A DNA stretch of 64,000 nt from Leptospiraceae bacterium (GTDB taxonomy: Bacteria > Spirochaetota > Leptospiria > Leptospirales > Leptonemataceae): positions 160,001-224,000 of the forward strand of contig JAVJNR010000004.1 in NCBI GenBank assembly GCA_040217195.1, written 5' to 3'. The notes beneath the pieces were generated by a model. It saw only the letters and a program-made list of their open reading frames with translations. It searched no databases and was not told where the DNA came from. Made by a program: the position numbers and the translations under genes. This document shows, piece by piece, positions 18,404 to 29,048 of this stretch (position 1 is its first letter; each line of letters starts with the position of its first letter).

Positions 18404-19659
18404 CTCGCTCCATCCAGTTCCTGTCCTGCCACCTTGATCAATATATCAATTCCCTGCTCTATGGTTTGAAGATCCTGAGAAAAACTCAGGCGTATACATC
18501 GATCCCTGTGATCAAAGTCTTCGCTTAATCCCGGAAAATAATACTTTCCTGGAACTACAATCACTCCTGACTTTTTGAGCTTCTCATACAATCTGGTTGT
18601 GGAAATTTCAGCGTCAAACCAGAGCCATAGAAAGAATGCTCCCCCTGATTCATGGATTCGCAGCCCCCGGGGCCCAAGAGATGATTTCAGTTTTTCCACG
18701 GCCAGGTCCCTGGCCCTGCGATAGTGTGGTTGAAGAACCGTTTTACACTGATCCAATAGTTCTCCATTTTCCAGGACCCTTCGCGTAAGAGCCGGTCCCA
18801 TTCCACCGCAGCTGAGATTAAAAATTGAATTTAGCTTTTCGATTTTCTGAACAAGTTCCGGTGGCGCGATGACAATTCCGGTGCGCAGTCCTGGCAATCC
18901 AAGCTTGGATAAACTCAGTATCACTATACATCCTTCCCTATAAAAAGGGGAGCTATCATCGAATACAATTCCCGGAAAAGGCAATCCGTAGGCAGCATCA
19001 ATTATGAGTGGCACATCCTTTGCAAAACATTTATCGTAAAGGTTTTGTAGCTCTGAATCCGAAACATTATTTCCGGTGGGATTGCAGGGACGGGAAATAC
19101 ACACTGCTCCTGTGCTGTTATCGATTTGAAGTCGATCAAAATCTATTTCATACCGGAAGGAATAATCATCCAGTAGTTGAACCCGGGGAAGAAAGGACTG
19201 CAGAGTTCCGGTCTGAATTCCCACATCTTCATAGCCAATGTATTCCGGACTCATGGGAAAAACTATATTGGCTCTGGTTCCATCTTCGCGCTGACCTCCC
19301 AGAAGGTTCATTAGAAGAAAAAATGCATTCTGGCTACCCTGAGTAAGTGCAATGTTTTCCGGGCCCACAGACCATCCGCATTCCTGGCCGAGCATATTTG
19401 CCAGGGCTTTCCTGAAAGGTACGTTACCTCCGGGATGATCATAAATGCCCAGGGCCCGTTCAAACCGATCGGAATCCTGCATCAGTGCTTCCATTTCCCT
19501 GCGAAAGAAGGACTCCATCCGAGGTATTCGACCCGGATTGCCTCCACCCAGCATAAGCATCTTTTCCGGTCCGCTAAGGGCCAGGTCCAGATCTACCATC
19601 AATTCCTGGATACCGGAAGAGCCGTCATAACGGCGATAGAATTCCGTCCTTGCTGTCAT
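18400..19659 (-). CDS. avtA: Valine--pyruvate aminotransferase (class I/II)
   Basis: Motifs MLGGGNP, NIALTQGSQNAFF, PEYIGY, SRPCNPTGN, IIDAAYGLPFP and SLSKLGLPGLRTG. Start uncertain (19692 or 19659). Confidence 0.85.
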   Translation of the reverse strand: MTARTEFYRRYDGSSGIQELMVDLDLALSGPEKMLMLGGGNPGRIPRMESFFRREMEALMQDSDRFERALGIYDHPGGNVPFRKALANMLGQECGWSVGPENIALTQGSQNAFFLLMNLLGGQREDGTRANIVFPMSPEYIGYEDVGIQTGTLQSFLPRVQLLDDYSFRYEIDFDRLQIDNSTGAVCISRPCNPTGNNVSDSELQNLYDKCFAKDVPLIIDAAYGLPFPGIVFDDSSPFYREGCIVILSLSKLGLPGLRTGIVIAPPELVQKIEKLNSIFNLSCGGMGPALTRRVLENGELLDQCKTVLQPHYRRARDLAVEKLKSSLGPRGLRIHESGGAFFLWLWFDAEISTTRLYEKLKKSGVIVVPGKYYFPGLSEDFDHRDRCIRLSFSQDLQTIEQGIDILIKVAGQELDGAR

Positions 19660-19747
19660 GGGCTGACATTCATTGGGCCGGAACATGTGCAAAGTGTTTT
19701 CCCCTTTTTAACTGGATGTCAGAAGGCCCACTACGCTATTTGCAGAT

Positions 19748-21625
19748 ATGGATCGAAAGGAATCCATTCAGCAGAAAGTTTCCAGGGCTCCGCAGGACCC
19801 AGGCTGTTACCTCTGGAAGGATGCAGGGGGAGAAATCCTGTATGTGGGCAAGGCGGATCGGCTCAGAACCAGACTCAGAAATTATCTGAAGCCGGAAACG
19901 GTGAAAACTGCAATTCTCATGCAGAAGGTTCGGGACCTGGAGTGGATTACCACAGAAACCTCCACCGAAGCGCTGATCCTGGAAGACACTCTAGTTAAGA
20001 AGCATAAGCCCAGGTTCAATGTACGCCTGAAGGATGATAAGCGATTTCCCTATCTATGCGTTTCAACGTCCGAACCGTTTCCTCGAATTTACCTTACTAG
20101 ATCTGTAAGAAAGGACGGGAACCGTTACTTCGGGCCCTATACCGATGTTCGTGCGGCCAGGCATATCCTGGATCTAATCCATAAGACATTTCCCATTCGC
20201 AAAGTTAGACAAAAGCTGCCATTAAGTCGCCCCCGCCGCCCCTGTATGAATTATCATATCAATCGTTGCCTTGCACCCTGTCAGGGAAATGTGCCGGAAC
20301 AGGAATACAGCAAGATTGTAGATGAGATTATACTATTTCTGGAAGGAAAACATGAGCTTCTGGAAGAGCTGGTGCATAAGAGGATGGATCAGTTCAGCCA
20401 GTCCATGGATTTTGAAAGGGCTGCCATTTATCGCGACATTCTGGGATCGCTGCGAAGGTTTCAGGAAAGACAGGCAGTATCAAGGCCGGGAGCCGGCGAT
20501 GAAGATGTGATCGCCGTGGCAAGAGATGAATCCTACGGACAGGCCGTTGTCTTCGAGTACAGACAGGGCAATCTAATAGGTCGCAAAGCCTTTCCTCTTA
20601 CAGGTCTGGAAGCCGCAGATGAGTCCGATCTTTTGGAATCCTTTATTCGGGAGTACTATCTTTCCAACCAGTCCATACCACCCAGCATCTTGATGTCTCA
20701 TGATATGAATCCCCAGGATCGATCCATGCTGGAAGAGTACTTGAGTAAAACCAGCGATCGCAAGGTAAAACTAAGACATCCACAGAGAGGCCCTTCGGTT
20801 ACAGTTCTGGAAATGGTGCGAAAGAATGCTGAACTGCTGCTTAAAGAACAGGTTATCAAAGTTAAGAGCAAAGATCGTCGCAGCGGTCTGGAAGAAATTC
20901 AGAAATTCTTAGGATTGGATGCATTGCCAGAATTCATTGAATGCTATGATATTTCCCATTTTCAAGGCCGCCAGACGGTAGCGGCTGGAGTTCAATTTGA
21001 AAACGGACAGCCGCGAAAGGCAGGATATCGCAGATATATTATTCGCTCAGTGGATGGAATCGATGATCCTGCTTCTATGAGGGAGGTAATTGCAAGACGC
21101 ATCCAGCGCCTGGTCAATGAGCAGTCCAGGATACCCGATCTAATTGTAATCGATGGTGGGAGCACTCAACTTCAGGCAGCCTGCGAAGCTGCAGCATCCC
21201 TGGGTCAGGAGAATCTTCCCATGGTTGGTCTGGCAAAAAAAAGGGAAGAGATCTATCTTCCGGGGAAAGCTATTCCTTTGAGCTTTGATAAGAACTCCGC
21301 TGGAATGCGCATCCTCAGACATCTAAGAGATGAGGCTCACCGATTTGGAATCTCGCATCAACGAATTAGAAGCAACAAGGCCCAGCTGAAGATTCTGGAA
21401 ACCTCTATTCCGGACATTGGAACTCAACGAATTCGCAGTATGATCAAGCATTTTAATGATCGAAAAATAGCCGAAGCGAGTGTTCAGGAATTAATGGAAG
21501 TTCCAGGCATTGGAGAAAAACTGGCCAGAAAGATATACGAAGCATTGCATTTATCTGGTTCAACTTCGATGGAAAAAACCGCACCCTCCGCAGAGAGTAA
21601 AGAGGATTCTAATCAATTAGTATGA
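19748..21625 (+). CDS. uvrC: Excinuclease ABC subunit C
   Basis: GIY-YIG domain PGCYLWKD..ILYVGKA, Cys cluster, UVR domain, ECYDISH, PDLIVIDGG, LRDEAHRF and C-terminal HhH VPGIGEKLA. Confidence 0.97.
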   Translation: MDRKESIQQKVSRAPQDPGCYLWKDAGGEILYVGKADRLRTRLRNYLKPETVKTAILMQKVRDLEWITTETSTEALILEDTLVKKHKPRFNVRLKDDKRFPYLCVSTSEPFPRIYLTRSVRKDGNRYFGPYTDVRAARHILDLIHKTFPIRKVRQKLPLSRPRRPCMNYHINRCLAPCQGNVPEQEYSKIVDEIILFLEGKHELLEELVHKRMDQFSQSMDFERAAIYRDILGSLRRFQERQAVSRPGAGDEDVIAVARDESYGQAVVFEYRQGNLIGRKAFPLTGLEAADESDLLESFIREYYLSNQSIPPSILMSHDMNPQDRSMLEEYLSKTSDRKVKLRHPQRGPSVTVLEMVRKNAELLLKEQVIKVKSKDRRSGLEEIQKFLGLDALPEFIECYDISHFQGRQTVAAGVQFENGQPRKAGYRRYIIRSVDGIDDPASMREVIARRIQRLVNEQSRIPDLIVIDGGSTQLQAACEAAASLGQENLPMVGLAKKREEIYLPGKAIPLSFDKNSAGMRILRHLRDEAHRFGISHQRIRSNKAQLKILETSIPDIGTQRIRSMIKHFNDRKIAEASVQELMEVPGIGEKLARKIYEALHLSGSTSMEKTAPSAESKEDSNQLV

Positions 21626-21758
21626 ATCCTGTAAGGACAGTAGGCACCTGGAGAGGCATCAAGAATTCCCTGGGGCAATCGGTCCGAGTGGATTGGAAGG
21701 AAGCCAGGGTAACCCGGGAACCAGGGCTTCGTATCTTCCAGAAAAAGGAAATGTATCT

Positions 21759-22193
21759 ATGACGGAAAAACAGGCAATGCAAGAACTTGAAGGATTTCAA
21801 ATTGTGACTCGCCACCTGGTAATGGAAAAAGACCTGAATTACCATGGAAATCTCTACGGAGGTACCATGCTTGCCTGGCTGGATGAATCTTCAGCACTGT
21901 TTGTTATGGAAAGCATTGGTTATACGAACTTTGTAACCGCTGGAATGGAGAATGTGCGATTTAAGTCTCCTGCAAGAAGCGGCGAAGCCGTGGTATTCTA
22001 CTGTCGCACTGCCGACCTGGGACGTAGCTCAATCACAGTTCAGACCAGAGCTTTTGTACATGATCCGCTTAGCGATAGAAAAGATGAGATAATCAATTGC
22101 TCTATTACGTTTGTATGCCTCAAGGACGGAAAACCCTTTCCTTATTTTGAGAGCGATGATTATAAGAACCGGCGAGGCCAGTCCCTGGCATGA
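21759..22193 (+). CDS. Hotdog-fold acyl-CoA thioesterase
   Basis: Motifs DLNYHGNLYGGTMLAWLDE and GRSSITV; start reassigned to the ATG at 21759. Confidence 0.88.
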   Translation: MTEKQAMQELEGFQIVTRHLVMEKDLNYHGNLYGGTMLAWLDESSALFVMESIGYTNFVTAGMENVRFKSPARSGEAVVFYCRTADLGRSSITVQTRAFVHDPLSDRKDEIINCSITFVCLKDGKPFPYFESDDYKNRRGQSLA

Positions 22194-22331
22194 AGATACC
22201 TTGACCGGTACTTCTGTAATTTGATCGATAGCTGCGCTTCAATTCAAATTCAGTCCATTGCTAAGATAATACCCGGCTGACGAAAAATGGACGAGAACGA
22301 AATGCATGGCCCTGACGGTTGAATCACTGAT

Positions 22332-23486
22332 TCAGGGCATGCGAAAATCCATGGGCTCTTCGCCCTGATCCAGCAAGGACTGTTCCGGTTGAAACAGTTT
22401 TTCAAGATACAGACTGCTGCCTTCGAATAGCTGACCATCTTCCGTTCGAAATAGATAAGTGTCGTAGCTTTTCTTTCCCAGGACATCTACAGTAAAGGTT
22501 TTCGGGTTTCCAATGGACGTTCGATAAACCAGAGAAAGCTCCATTCCCTGATTTTGATCCAGACGAGCAGGCAATTTATCTATGAATTCCTGGGCACGGA
22601 TTTCCAGTAAATCATCCAGCAACAGGTTTATCTCCGTTTCACGAACCGAGCCCACCGAAGGCGCCAGCATCTTCCAGTCACCACCGGCTTTTGCCAGTTC
22701 CACGTTTCTAAAACCTACAATAGCCGGTCGCTTGAATCGAACTGTTAATTGAGTGATGGATCTTCGCTCCACCATAGGCATAATCTGACGATTTCTAAAA
22801 AACTCCTGCTGACCTGCGCCCAGGTCCCTGCGAAGGTTTTCCTGAACAAGGTATATGGTATCATCTACCAGAACATAGGATTCATTGCCGCGCACACTGG
22901 ACCGGCCCACATTTATTTGAATTCGGCTACCATCGTCCAGAACCACAGACAATTGCAATCCCTGGTCCAGGTTATACTCCTTGATAGCGGCTGCTGTGTT
23001 GTCCAGTTCGTAGTATTTTCGGCTTCGTCGCAGGGAATAGAGAAGGTTGGAGATCCTTCGCGCATCTGCGTACCTTAATTTCTGGGAGTTGCTGTTGTCT
23101 GTGCTGGACTTTAGCAGCCACTGGAATCCCTGCACGGATTCCAGAAGCTTTCGCTCCTCCGAGGGAGCCGGCCCGTCTTCAGGCTCCGTCTGGTCTGGCC
23201 CGGATGAAATTGCATTTCCTCTTTGAAGTATAAATCCCTGGCCCTTTGATACCTGAACCTGAATTTCATCGATTCTGGCTGGTTCCACATCCAGCAATGG
23301 TTCTGCATCCTGGTAAGAACTACGAATCCATCCGAAGGGATCAAAAACTATAAATGCAATCAATAGCAGTCCCAGGTTGGTTCCAAGCAATGTCAGCCCT
23401 GGATTGGTTTTCATTGATTGGATACAGTTCTGCAGCAGGGAGCCGGTTTGATCTTTGACTTGCATGGTTTCTGTTTTATCAGTCAT
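22332..23486 (-). CDS. DUF4340-like periplasmic protein of a Gld-type ABC cluster
   Basis: N-terminal TM helix and two repeated beta-rich units; conserved position after a GldG-like gene. Confidence 0.7.
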   Translation of the reverse strand: MTDKTETMQVKDQTGSLLQNCIQSMKTNPGLTLLGTNLGLLLIAFIVFDPFGWIRSSYQDAEPLLDVEPARIDEIQVQVSKGQGFILQRGNAISSGPDQTEPEDGPAPSEERKLLESVQGFQWLLKSSTDNSNSQKLRYADARRISNLLYSLRRSRKYYELDNTAAAIKEYNLDQGLQLSVVLDDGSRIQINVGRSSVRGNESYVLVDDTIYLVQENLRRDLGAGQQEFFRNRQIMPMVERRSITQLTVRFKRPAIVGFRNVELAKAGGDWKMLAPSVGSVRETEINLLLDDLLEIRAQEFIDKLPARLDQNQGMELSLVYRTSIGNPKTFTVDVLGKKSYDTYLFRTEDGQLFEGSSLYLEKLFQPEQSLLDQGEEPMDFRMP

Positions 23487-25281
23487 CCGGCAGTCCTCTC
23501 TTTTGATTCCTGCGACTGAGACGAATCAATCCATAGATCCCCAGAATCATGGGGACCAACAGTATATGAAACCATTGAAAAACCACCTGGAAGCCTCGTT
23601 CCGATGGAATTAGATAACTAAACCAGGACGGTGGACCTTCTATATAGTCCACACCGCGGGTGCGAAGACGGGCCGCCACAAGATCCGTGTCTCCCTGCAA
23701 AGATTCCAGAGCAGAACTCAGGAAAGCCAGGTTCACCTGGAAAATACGAGCGTTGGATTCATTGGTTAGAAATACATCTGAAACCATATAAGCAGAAGGG
23801 ATCATCAGAATTGTAGACTCGGTTCCATCGGCCTGAACCGAAAGTCGCTGCTTCTTCAGCGATTCCATTAACTGTGCTCTCTGATCTACGGTAAGATCAG
23901 ATTCCACTTCTTGAATTAGCTGCCCAATCTCATCATCGTTAAAGGCACTAAAAAAGCTACCCCGGGCCAGGGCCATCATTGGCCTGGGTGATGAAATAAA
24001 CTGGTCGGTTGTGGAACGACCGATTTCCTGCATATCTCGCAGATTCAGTGAATGGCTATCGGCCACTATGGCATCGCTGCTACTATTCACTAACGTTGTG
24101 TATTGAACCTGCGGCTGTCGATCTGGTTGAATCTCCAGAGAGCCGGTCCAGGGAAGGATGATCTGTACAGCATCCTTGCTTAGAATATGGTCTTCGTTCA
24201 GGTTTCCAGACTGGTGAGAATACACTGCCCAGGCAGGATTCCTGTATTCAACCATATACTGCCCCTGCAGATCCATTTCCGGCGCAGCCAGAACCGGCTC
24301 GAATAGTATTTCGCTTCGTAGCTTCAGACCGTAGCCTTCCAGCCAATCGTTCATGGGCTTTAGATCTTCCGATATCTGAGCCGTACCGGCCTGTTGTCCC
24401 ATACCCATCTGTGCCATGGGTCCGCCACTTTGAAGTGAGAACTGGAACGGAGTGGCCATGAAAATCAGGTTTCCACCCCGCAAAATATATTGATCCAGAA
24501 AAAATTGTTCCAACCTATCAAGCCCGGGAAGTCCAACAATAACCAGGGTTTCCACGTCTTCCGGGATTGGCTGGCCCGCCACCACATCCATCCAGGGCCC
24601 CATATCGTTTTCCGAAAGCATACGAAACCAGTAAATATTATCTTTACCGTATTCTTCCAGACTCCTGGGCCTGTAGGTCTGTGACGTACCTCTGGCATTA
24701 AAATATCCGATTCCACTGGGACCAGGATCTTCTGTGAGATCCTTCAGTCTTCGCAGGAATGCATATTCAAAGTTCTCAATGAGAGCTCCTCCCTGGGTAA
24801 GCTCCAGCAGGGCCGATTTTTCCCCGGATTGCAGGTAGATACCAAAGTAGCCCTGTCGGACGCTGGTTTCTTCCATAGTAGATTGCCCTACTGGCTGGCC
24901 GGAGATACCACGGGAAACGGCGCGGTCCTTTAACTCATCGGTGGTTGGATCAAATATGCGAACCTGAAGCCGATCTCCACCCACTCGATCCATCTGTTGC
25001 AACTGGGCAATAATTGGATCCAGAATGGCCTGAATCTCCCCGGGTACATTGCGGCTTATATAAGCTTCTACTATAACATTCTGCTTGAGTTCAGAAAATA
25101 CCTGGTAGGAACTATCGCTCAGGGAATTTACCTGGTCTCTTGTCAAATCCCAGCGAATATAAGCCTGGGATGCGATCGAATTCAGTAAGACGAAGGCTAT
25201 CACGGAATTCACTGCAATGAACCTGGAGTCATGGTTCCATTTCCGTAGAACCTGCTTTATTCCGAGGATGATCTTACTCAT
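23479..25281 (-). CDS. GldG-like ABC auxiliary component (GIFT domain)
   Basis: RWDLTRDQVNSLS and LDQYILRGGNL; TM helices at both termini. Confidence 0.85.
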   Translation of the reverse strand: MSKIILGIKQVLRKWNHDSRFIAVNSVIAFVLLNSIASQAYIRWDLTRDQVNSLSDSSYQVFSELKQNVIVEAYISRNVPGEIQAILDPIIAQLQQMDRVGGDRLQVRIFDPTTDELKDRAVSRGISGQPVGQSTMEETSVRQGYFGIYLQSGEKSALLELTQGGALIENFEYAFLRRLKDLTEDPGPSGIGYFNARGTSQTYRPRSLEEYGKDNIYWFRMLSENDMGPWMDVVAGQPIPEDVETLVIVGLPGLDRLEQFFLDQYILRGGNLIFMATPFQFSLQSGGPMAQMGMGQQAGTAQISEDLKPMNDWLEGYGLKLRSEILFEPVLAAPEMDLQGQYMVEYRNPAWAVYSHQSGNLNEDHILSKDAVQIILPWTGSLEIQPDRQPQVQYTTLVNSSSDAIVADSHSLNLRDMQEIGRSTTDQFISSPRPMMALARGSFFSAFNDDEIGQLIQEVESDLTVDQRAQLMESLKKQRLSVQADGTESTILMIPSAYMVSDVFLTNESNARIFQVNLAFLSSALESLQGDTDLVAARLRTRGVDYIEGPPSWFSYLIPSERGFQVVFQWFHILLVPMILGIYGLIRLSRRNQKRGLPDD

Positions 25282-25997
25282 GTGCGGCTCCTGAGAACAC
25301 CAACGTTGGCAGCAAGCATCAGCACAGTGAACGAAACAAAATAGACTGTATCGCCAAGATCAATAACCCCTCGAGCAAAACTATTTAGATGTGAACTCAA
25401 TGTAAAAAAGCTTACTACGTTAGAAAGAACTGGCGGTAGATGCCGCGAAACAACATAGAAGTTGGACAGATATATGATCAGGCTTACGAAGAAGATTAAA
25501 ATAAAAGCTACAATCTGCTCTCTGGTAAAGGCACTTATCAGCATCCCCAATCCAACGTAGGCTCCGGCCATGAGAATGGCGCCCAGATAAAGAGCGACGG
25601 TACTGCCCCAGTCAAGATGTCCAATCCACCAGATTCCAAAAGTGAGTGGAAGAGAAGCCAGGATCAGGCCAACTACAAAGGTCCAGGCGGCCAGAAATTT
25701 TCCAATGACCACTGACTCGGTGGAAATAGGAAGCGTTGCCAGTAGTTCAATGGTTCCGGTCTTATACTCCTCTGCCCAGATTCGCATACTAACTGCGGGC
25801 ACCATCAATATGAATGTAAGTGGCAGCAGGTCCATGTAGGAACGAATGCTGGCCACTTTCGCTTCCCAGAATGCAGGTATATGGAAGAAACCGGTGAAGA
25901 AGAACAGAAGATTGAAGAATAGAGCGGTCACTGCAAATACGTAGCCGATGGGCGTATTGAAGTAGTTCTGAATCTCCCTTAAATAGATATTCTTCAT
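25278..25997 (-). CDS. ABC-2 permease (GldF-like)
   Basis: REIQNYFNTPIGYV, MRIWAEEYKTGTIELLATLP and GKFLA. Confidence 0.9.
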   Translation of the reverse strand: MKNIYLREIQNYFNTPIGYVFAVTALFFNLLFFFTGFFHIPAFWEAKVASIRSYMDLLPLTFILMVPAVSMRIWAEEYKTGTIELLATLPISTESVVIGKFLAAWTFVVGLILASLPLTFGIWWIGHLDWGSTVALYLGAILMAGAYVGLGMLISAFTREQIVAFILIFFVSLIIYLSNFYVVSRHLPPVLSNVVSFFTLSSHLNSFARGVIDLGDTVYFVSFTVLMLAANVGVLRSRT

Positions 25998-27007
25998 CGC
26001 TTATGTGTGAGCTCCTGGAATATCTCCTGCAAACTACGATGACCGGGTGAGTAGGATCGGATGGAGTAACCTTTCTCTATGAGCACTGGAAGTAGATCTT
26101 CAGTGGGTCCATTCCATTGTAACTCCGCTGAATAGAACCCCTGGATAGAAGCCGCTGAATCCATTCCCTCCTTCTGCCTATTGTCATGCTCTCCATGATG
26201 CGTGGCCGTCGGTGTATGCACTTCGGCTGACTGACCTGCAAAGAGTACGGATTGAATGCCCTGGATTTCCCGGAGCTCAGTATCCATACTCTGCACCGAT
26301 GCATTATCTTTCTTTAGAACTACGTGAATGGACTCAGTTTTTTTCAGCTCATGCGTGGGCTGGTCCGCCACCACTTCACCGCCATGAATAATAATCACTC
26401 GTTCGCAGATATCTTCCACTTCCTGCAGGATGTGTGTTGAAAGTAAGACTGTACGTTCCGAAGCAAGCTTTCTGATCAAACTTCGAATATGTTCTATCTG
26501 ATTCGGGTCCAATCCGCCGGTGGGTTCATCCAGAATAATCACCGATGGATCATGGATTAAAGCTCCGGCCAGTCCCACTCGTTGTCGGAAACCTCTGGAT
26601 AGAAGTCCAATAGGAGTATAAAAATGGGACTCCAATTCCAGTTCCTGAATCATCCGACGGCCTGCCTGCTGGAGGTTGGATCCTTCCATGCCTCGGCTAC
26701 GTCCCATGAATTCCAGATACTCTGAAACCAGCATTTCCGGATAAAGTGGATTGTTTTCAGGCAAATATCCAAGAAGACCCTTAATCTCCTGGCGCGCTGC
26801 ATCTGTGGATGCATCCAGGCCGGCCACAAAAATGCTGCCTTCCTGGGGACGCAAGTAGCCGGCCAGCATGCGCATGGTTGTAGTCTTTCCTGCACCGTTA
26901 GGTCCCAGTAAACCCACCACGCCCCGGGCAGGCTGAATTTCAAAAGAAACATTCCGCACTGCAACAAAGCTTCCAAAGGAACGCTTTAGACCGGATACCT
27001 GAATCAT
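25994..27007 (-). CDS. ABC transporter ATP-binding protein (GldA-like)
   Basis: Walker A GPNGAGKTT, signature LSRGFRQR, Walker B IILDEPT, H-loop STHIL. Confidence 0.93.
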   Translation of the reverse strand: MIQVSGLKRSFGSFVAVRNVSFEIQPARGVVGLLGPNGAGKTTTMRMLAGYLRPQEGSIFVAGLDASTDAARQEIKGLLGYLPENNPLYPEMLVSEYLEFMGRSRGMEGSNLQQAGRRMIQELELESHFYTPIGLLSRGFRQRVGLAGALIHDPSVIILDEPTGGLDPNQIEHIRSLIRKLASERTVLLSTHILQEVEDICERVIIIHGGEVVADQPTHELKKTESIHVVLKKDNASVQSMDTELREIQGIQSVLFAGQSAEVHTPTATHHGEHDNRQKEGMDSAASIQGFYSAELQWNGPTEDLLPVLIEKGYSIRSYSPGHRSLQEIFQELTHKR

Positions 27008-27099
27008 CTGACTGCACAATCGAAAGGGCCCTGCGAATTTCAATCAAAAATGGAGGGATTACTTGACCGGAAGGCAATTGCAGAGAATAGTCCGTTCTC

Positions 27100-27987
27100 A
27101 TGGAACCGGTTACAAATCGCAACCCACTGGAACGCCTGGAAGCTCCACCCATGCTCTATAAACCTTCTTCGCCTGTTGAAGTGCCTGTCATAGAGAACAC
27201 CTTGCTAACTCCGGAAGGCTATTCAGAAGAAATTAGACATATAGTTCTGGATCTAAAAGGCACGGATTATCGCTACCTGGAAGGTCAGTCCATGGGTGTA
27301 ATCGCTCCAGGTGAGGATGAAAGAGGGAAACCGAACCGGGTTCGGCTGTATTCCATTGCCAGCCCGGCCATGGGAGAACCGGATAATCCATCCCACGTTG
27401 CTCTTTGTGTTAAACGGGTGGTATTCGAAGAAGGCCAGGAGACTTATTACGGCCTTTGCTCCAATTATCTGTGCGATGTAAAGCCAGGAGATAAAGTTAG
27501 GATATCCGGACCCAACGGAAAACGATTTGTGATGCCCAGAGATCCAGATGTGGATTTGCTCTTATTCGCCGCCGGCACCGGAATTGCACCGTTTCGCGGA
27601 TTCTTTATGCGTCTTTCCGGTCTTCCTCTGGAAGATCGATCAAATATAGTGCTGTACTACGGTAGCCGTCGAATGGAAGATCATGTATACTACAATGAAA
27701 TTAATGATGATCTAGGGAAGTTACTGGATTCCAGGAATATTATCCATTCAGCACTTTCCCGGCAGGATCCTCAAAAGAAGATGCATGTTCAGGATAAATT
27801 CCGACTGGAACCCGGACCTGTGGAAGAGGCATTGAAGCGAGGCAATTTCCTGATCTACATTTGTGGAATCAAGGGAATGGAAAAAGGAATCGAAGATGTA
27901 TTTCGGGATATCGTGGGACCGGACAGCTGGGATCAAACCAAGCAGGAATGGAAAGAAAAAACCATCTGGAATCAGGAGGTCTATTGA
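27100..27987 (+). CDS. Ferredoxin--NADP+ reductase, plastidic-type
   Basis: RLYSIAS, GLCSNYLCD, GTGIAPFR, YICG and C-terminal EVY. Confidence 0.9.
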   Translation: MEPVTNRNPLERLEAPPMLYKPSSPVEVPVIENTLLTPEGYSEEIRHIVLDLKGTDYRYLEGQSMGVIAPGEDERGKPNRVRLYSIASPAMGEPDNPSHVALCVKRVVFEEGQETYYGLCSNYLCDVKPGDKVRISGPNGKRFVMPRDPDVDLLLFAAGTGIAPFRGFFMRLSGLPLEDRSNIVLYYGSRRMEDHVYYNEINDDLGKLLDSRNIIHSALSRQDPQKKMHVQDKFRLEPGPVEEALKRGNFLIYICGIKGMEKGIEDVFRDIVGPDSWDQTKQEWKEKTIWNQEVY

Positions 27988-28027
27988 GTTAGCTCCCCCG
28001 GGACTGGACTTCAATTTTCGTAGCTCG

Positions 28028-28945
28028 TTGCAACCAGATGCAGAGATTCTACTAGAACGAAATCTGCAAAATATACGGCCCGGAATAATACTGCAGGCTC
28101 TGACATTAATCCTTACTTCTGTTTTTATTTCAGGCTGTCTGGACTTTCAGCGCAGCCAGAATCAGATTCAAGATGCACTGAAGAATAAAAACGTTACAGA
28201 AGCCACCATACCTTTCCAGACCTATAAGCTGAATGCTCTTGCCATCGGACCTGTAGATGGCGATCCCGTGCTCTTCATCCATGGCTCCCCAGGCAGCTGG
28301 GATAACTACCTGGATGTAATTTCCAACCTCGATCATTCATTACTGATTTTCTTCGATCGCCCGGGCTTTGGTCAATCCGTGCCGGAGATTTCTCTACCTG
28401 ACCTGGAAATGCAGGCCAATGCAGCCCGGGCAGTACTGAGGCACTTCTCTTCCAGACCTGCCATTCTGGTAGGTCATTCCTATGGCGGCCCAATTGCTCT
28501 GGAAATGAGCCTTCGATTCCAGGAACCGATCCAGGCCCTGGTACTTGTGGGGGCCAGTGTGGACCCGGAACTGGAAAGACTACGATGGTATAACCACCTG
28601 ACCACTTTTCTGGAGATTATGGTTCCGGGAGCTCTGGTACGCTCTAACGATGAAATGATCCCTCTACGAAACCAGCTAGAAAGTCAGAAACGCCGGATCA
28701 TGGCATCGCAATCCAGTTTACCTTCTATCTATGTACTGCATGGCACAGAGGATGATCTGGTACCGGTGGAAAATGTGAATTATATATACGATGTCCCGGG
28801 AGCGCGAAGCAATCTAATCTGTGTTCAGTTGCTAAGCGATCAGGATCATTTCATTCCCTGGAAACATCCCGGCGAACTGGCCGACCTTATCAGGGAGGCC
28901 CAGGATGGCACCTGCACGGACCCGGAAAATTATAGCCGATGGTAG
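28028..28945 (+). CDS. Alpha/beta hydrolase, possible lipoprotein
   Basis: HGSPGS, DRPGFG, nucleophile elbow GHSYGG, HGTEDDLVP, catalytic His in DHFIPW; lipobox-like FISGC. Start uncertain. Confidence 0.85.
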   Translation: MQPDAEILLERNLQNIRPGIILQALTLILTSVFISGCLDFQRSQNQIQDALKNKNVTEATIPFQTYKLNALAIGPVDGDPVLFIHGSPGSWDNYLDVISNLDHSLLIFFDRPGFGQSVPEISLPDLEMQANAARAVLRHFSSRPAILVGHSYGGPIALEMSLRFQEPIQALVLVGASVDPELERLRWYNHLTTFLEIMVPGALVRSNDEMIPLRNQLESQKRRIMASQSSLPSIYVLHGTEDDLVPVENVNYIYDVPGARSNLICVQLLSDQDHFIPWKHPGELADLIREAQDGTCTDPENYSRW

Positions 28946-29048
28946 AACAGCAAAACTCGACATAAACTCTGTGCTACCGATCTCTTCAATTGAAAGCATT
29001 TCGATTAAGGAGGCTTCGCTCAAACAAAGCCACCTTACAGGGAGTGCA

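Noticed and set aside
22332..27007. Gld-like ABC cluster as evidence of gliding motility
   Set aside because: GldA/F/G-like plus DUF4340 modules are widespread in non-gliding bacteria, and no gldK-N or sprB genes are in the window.
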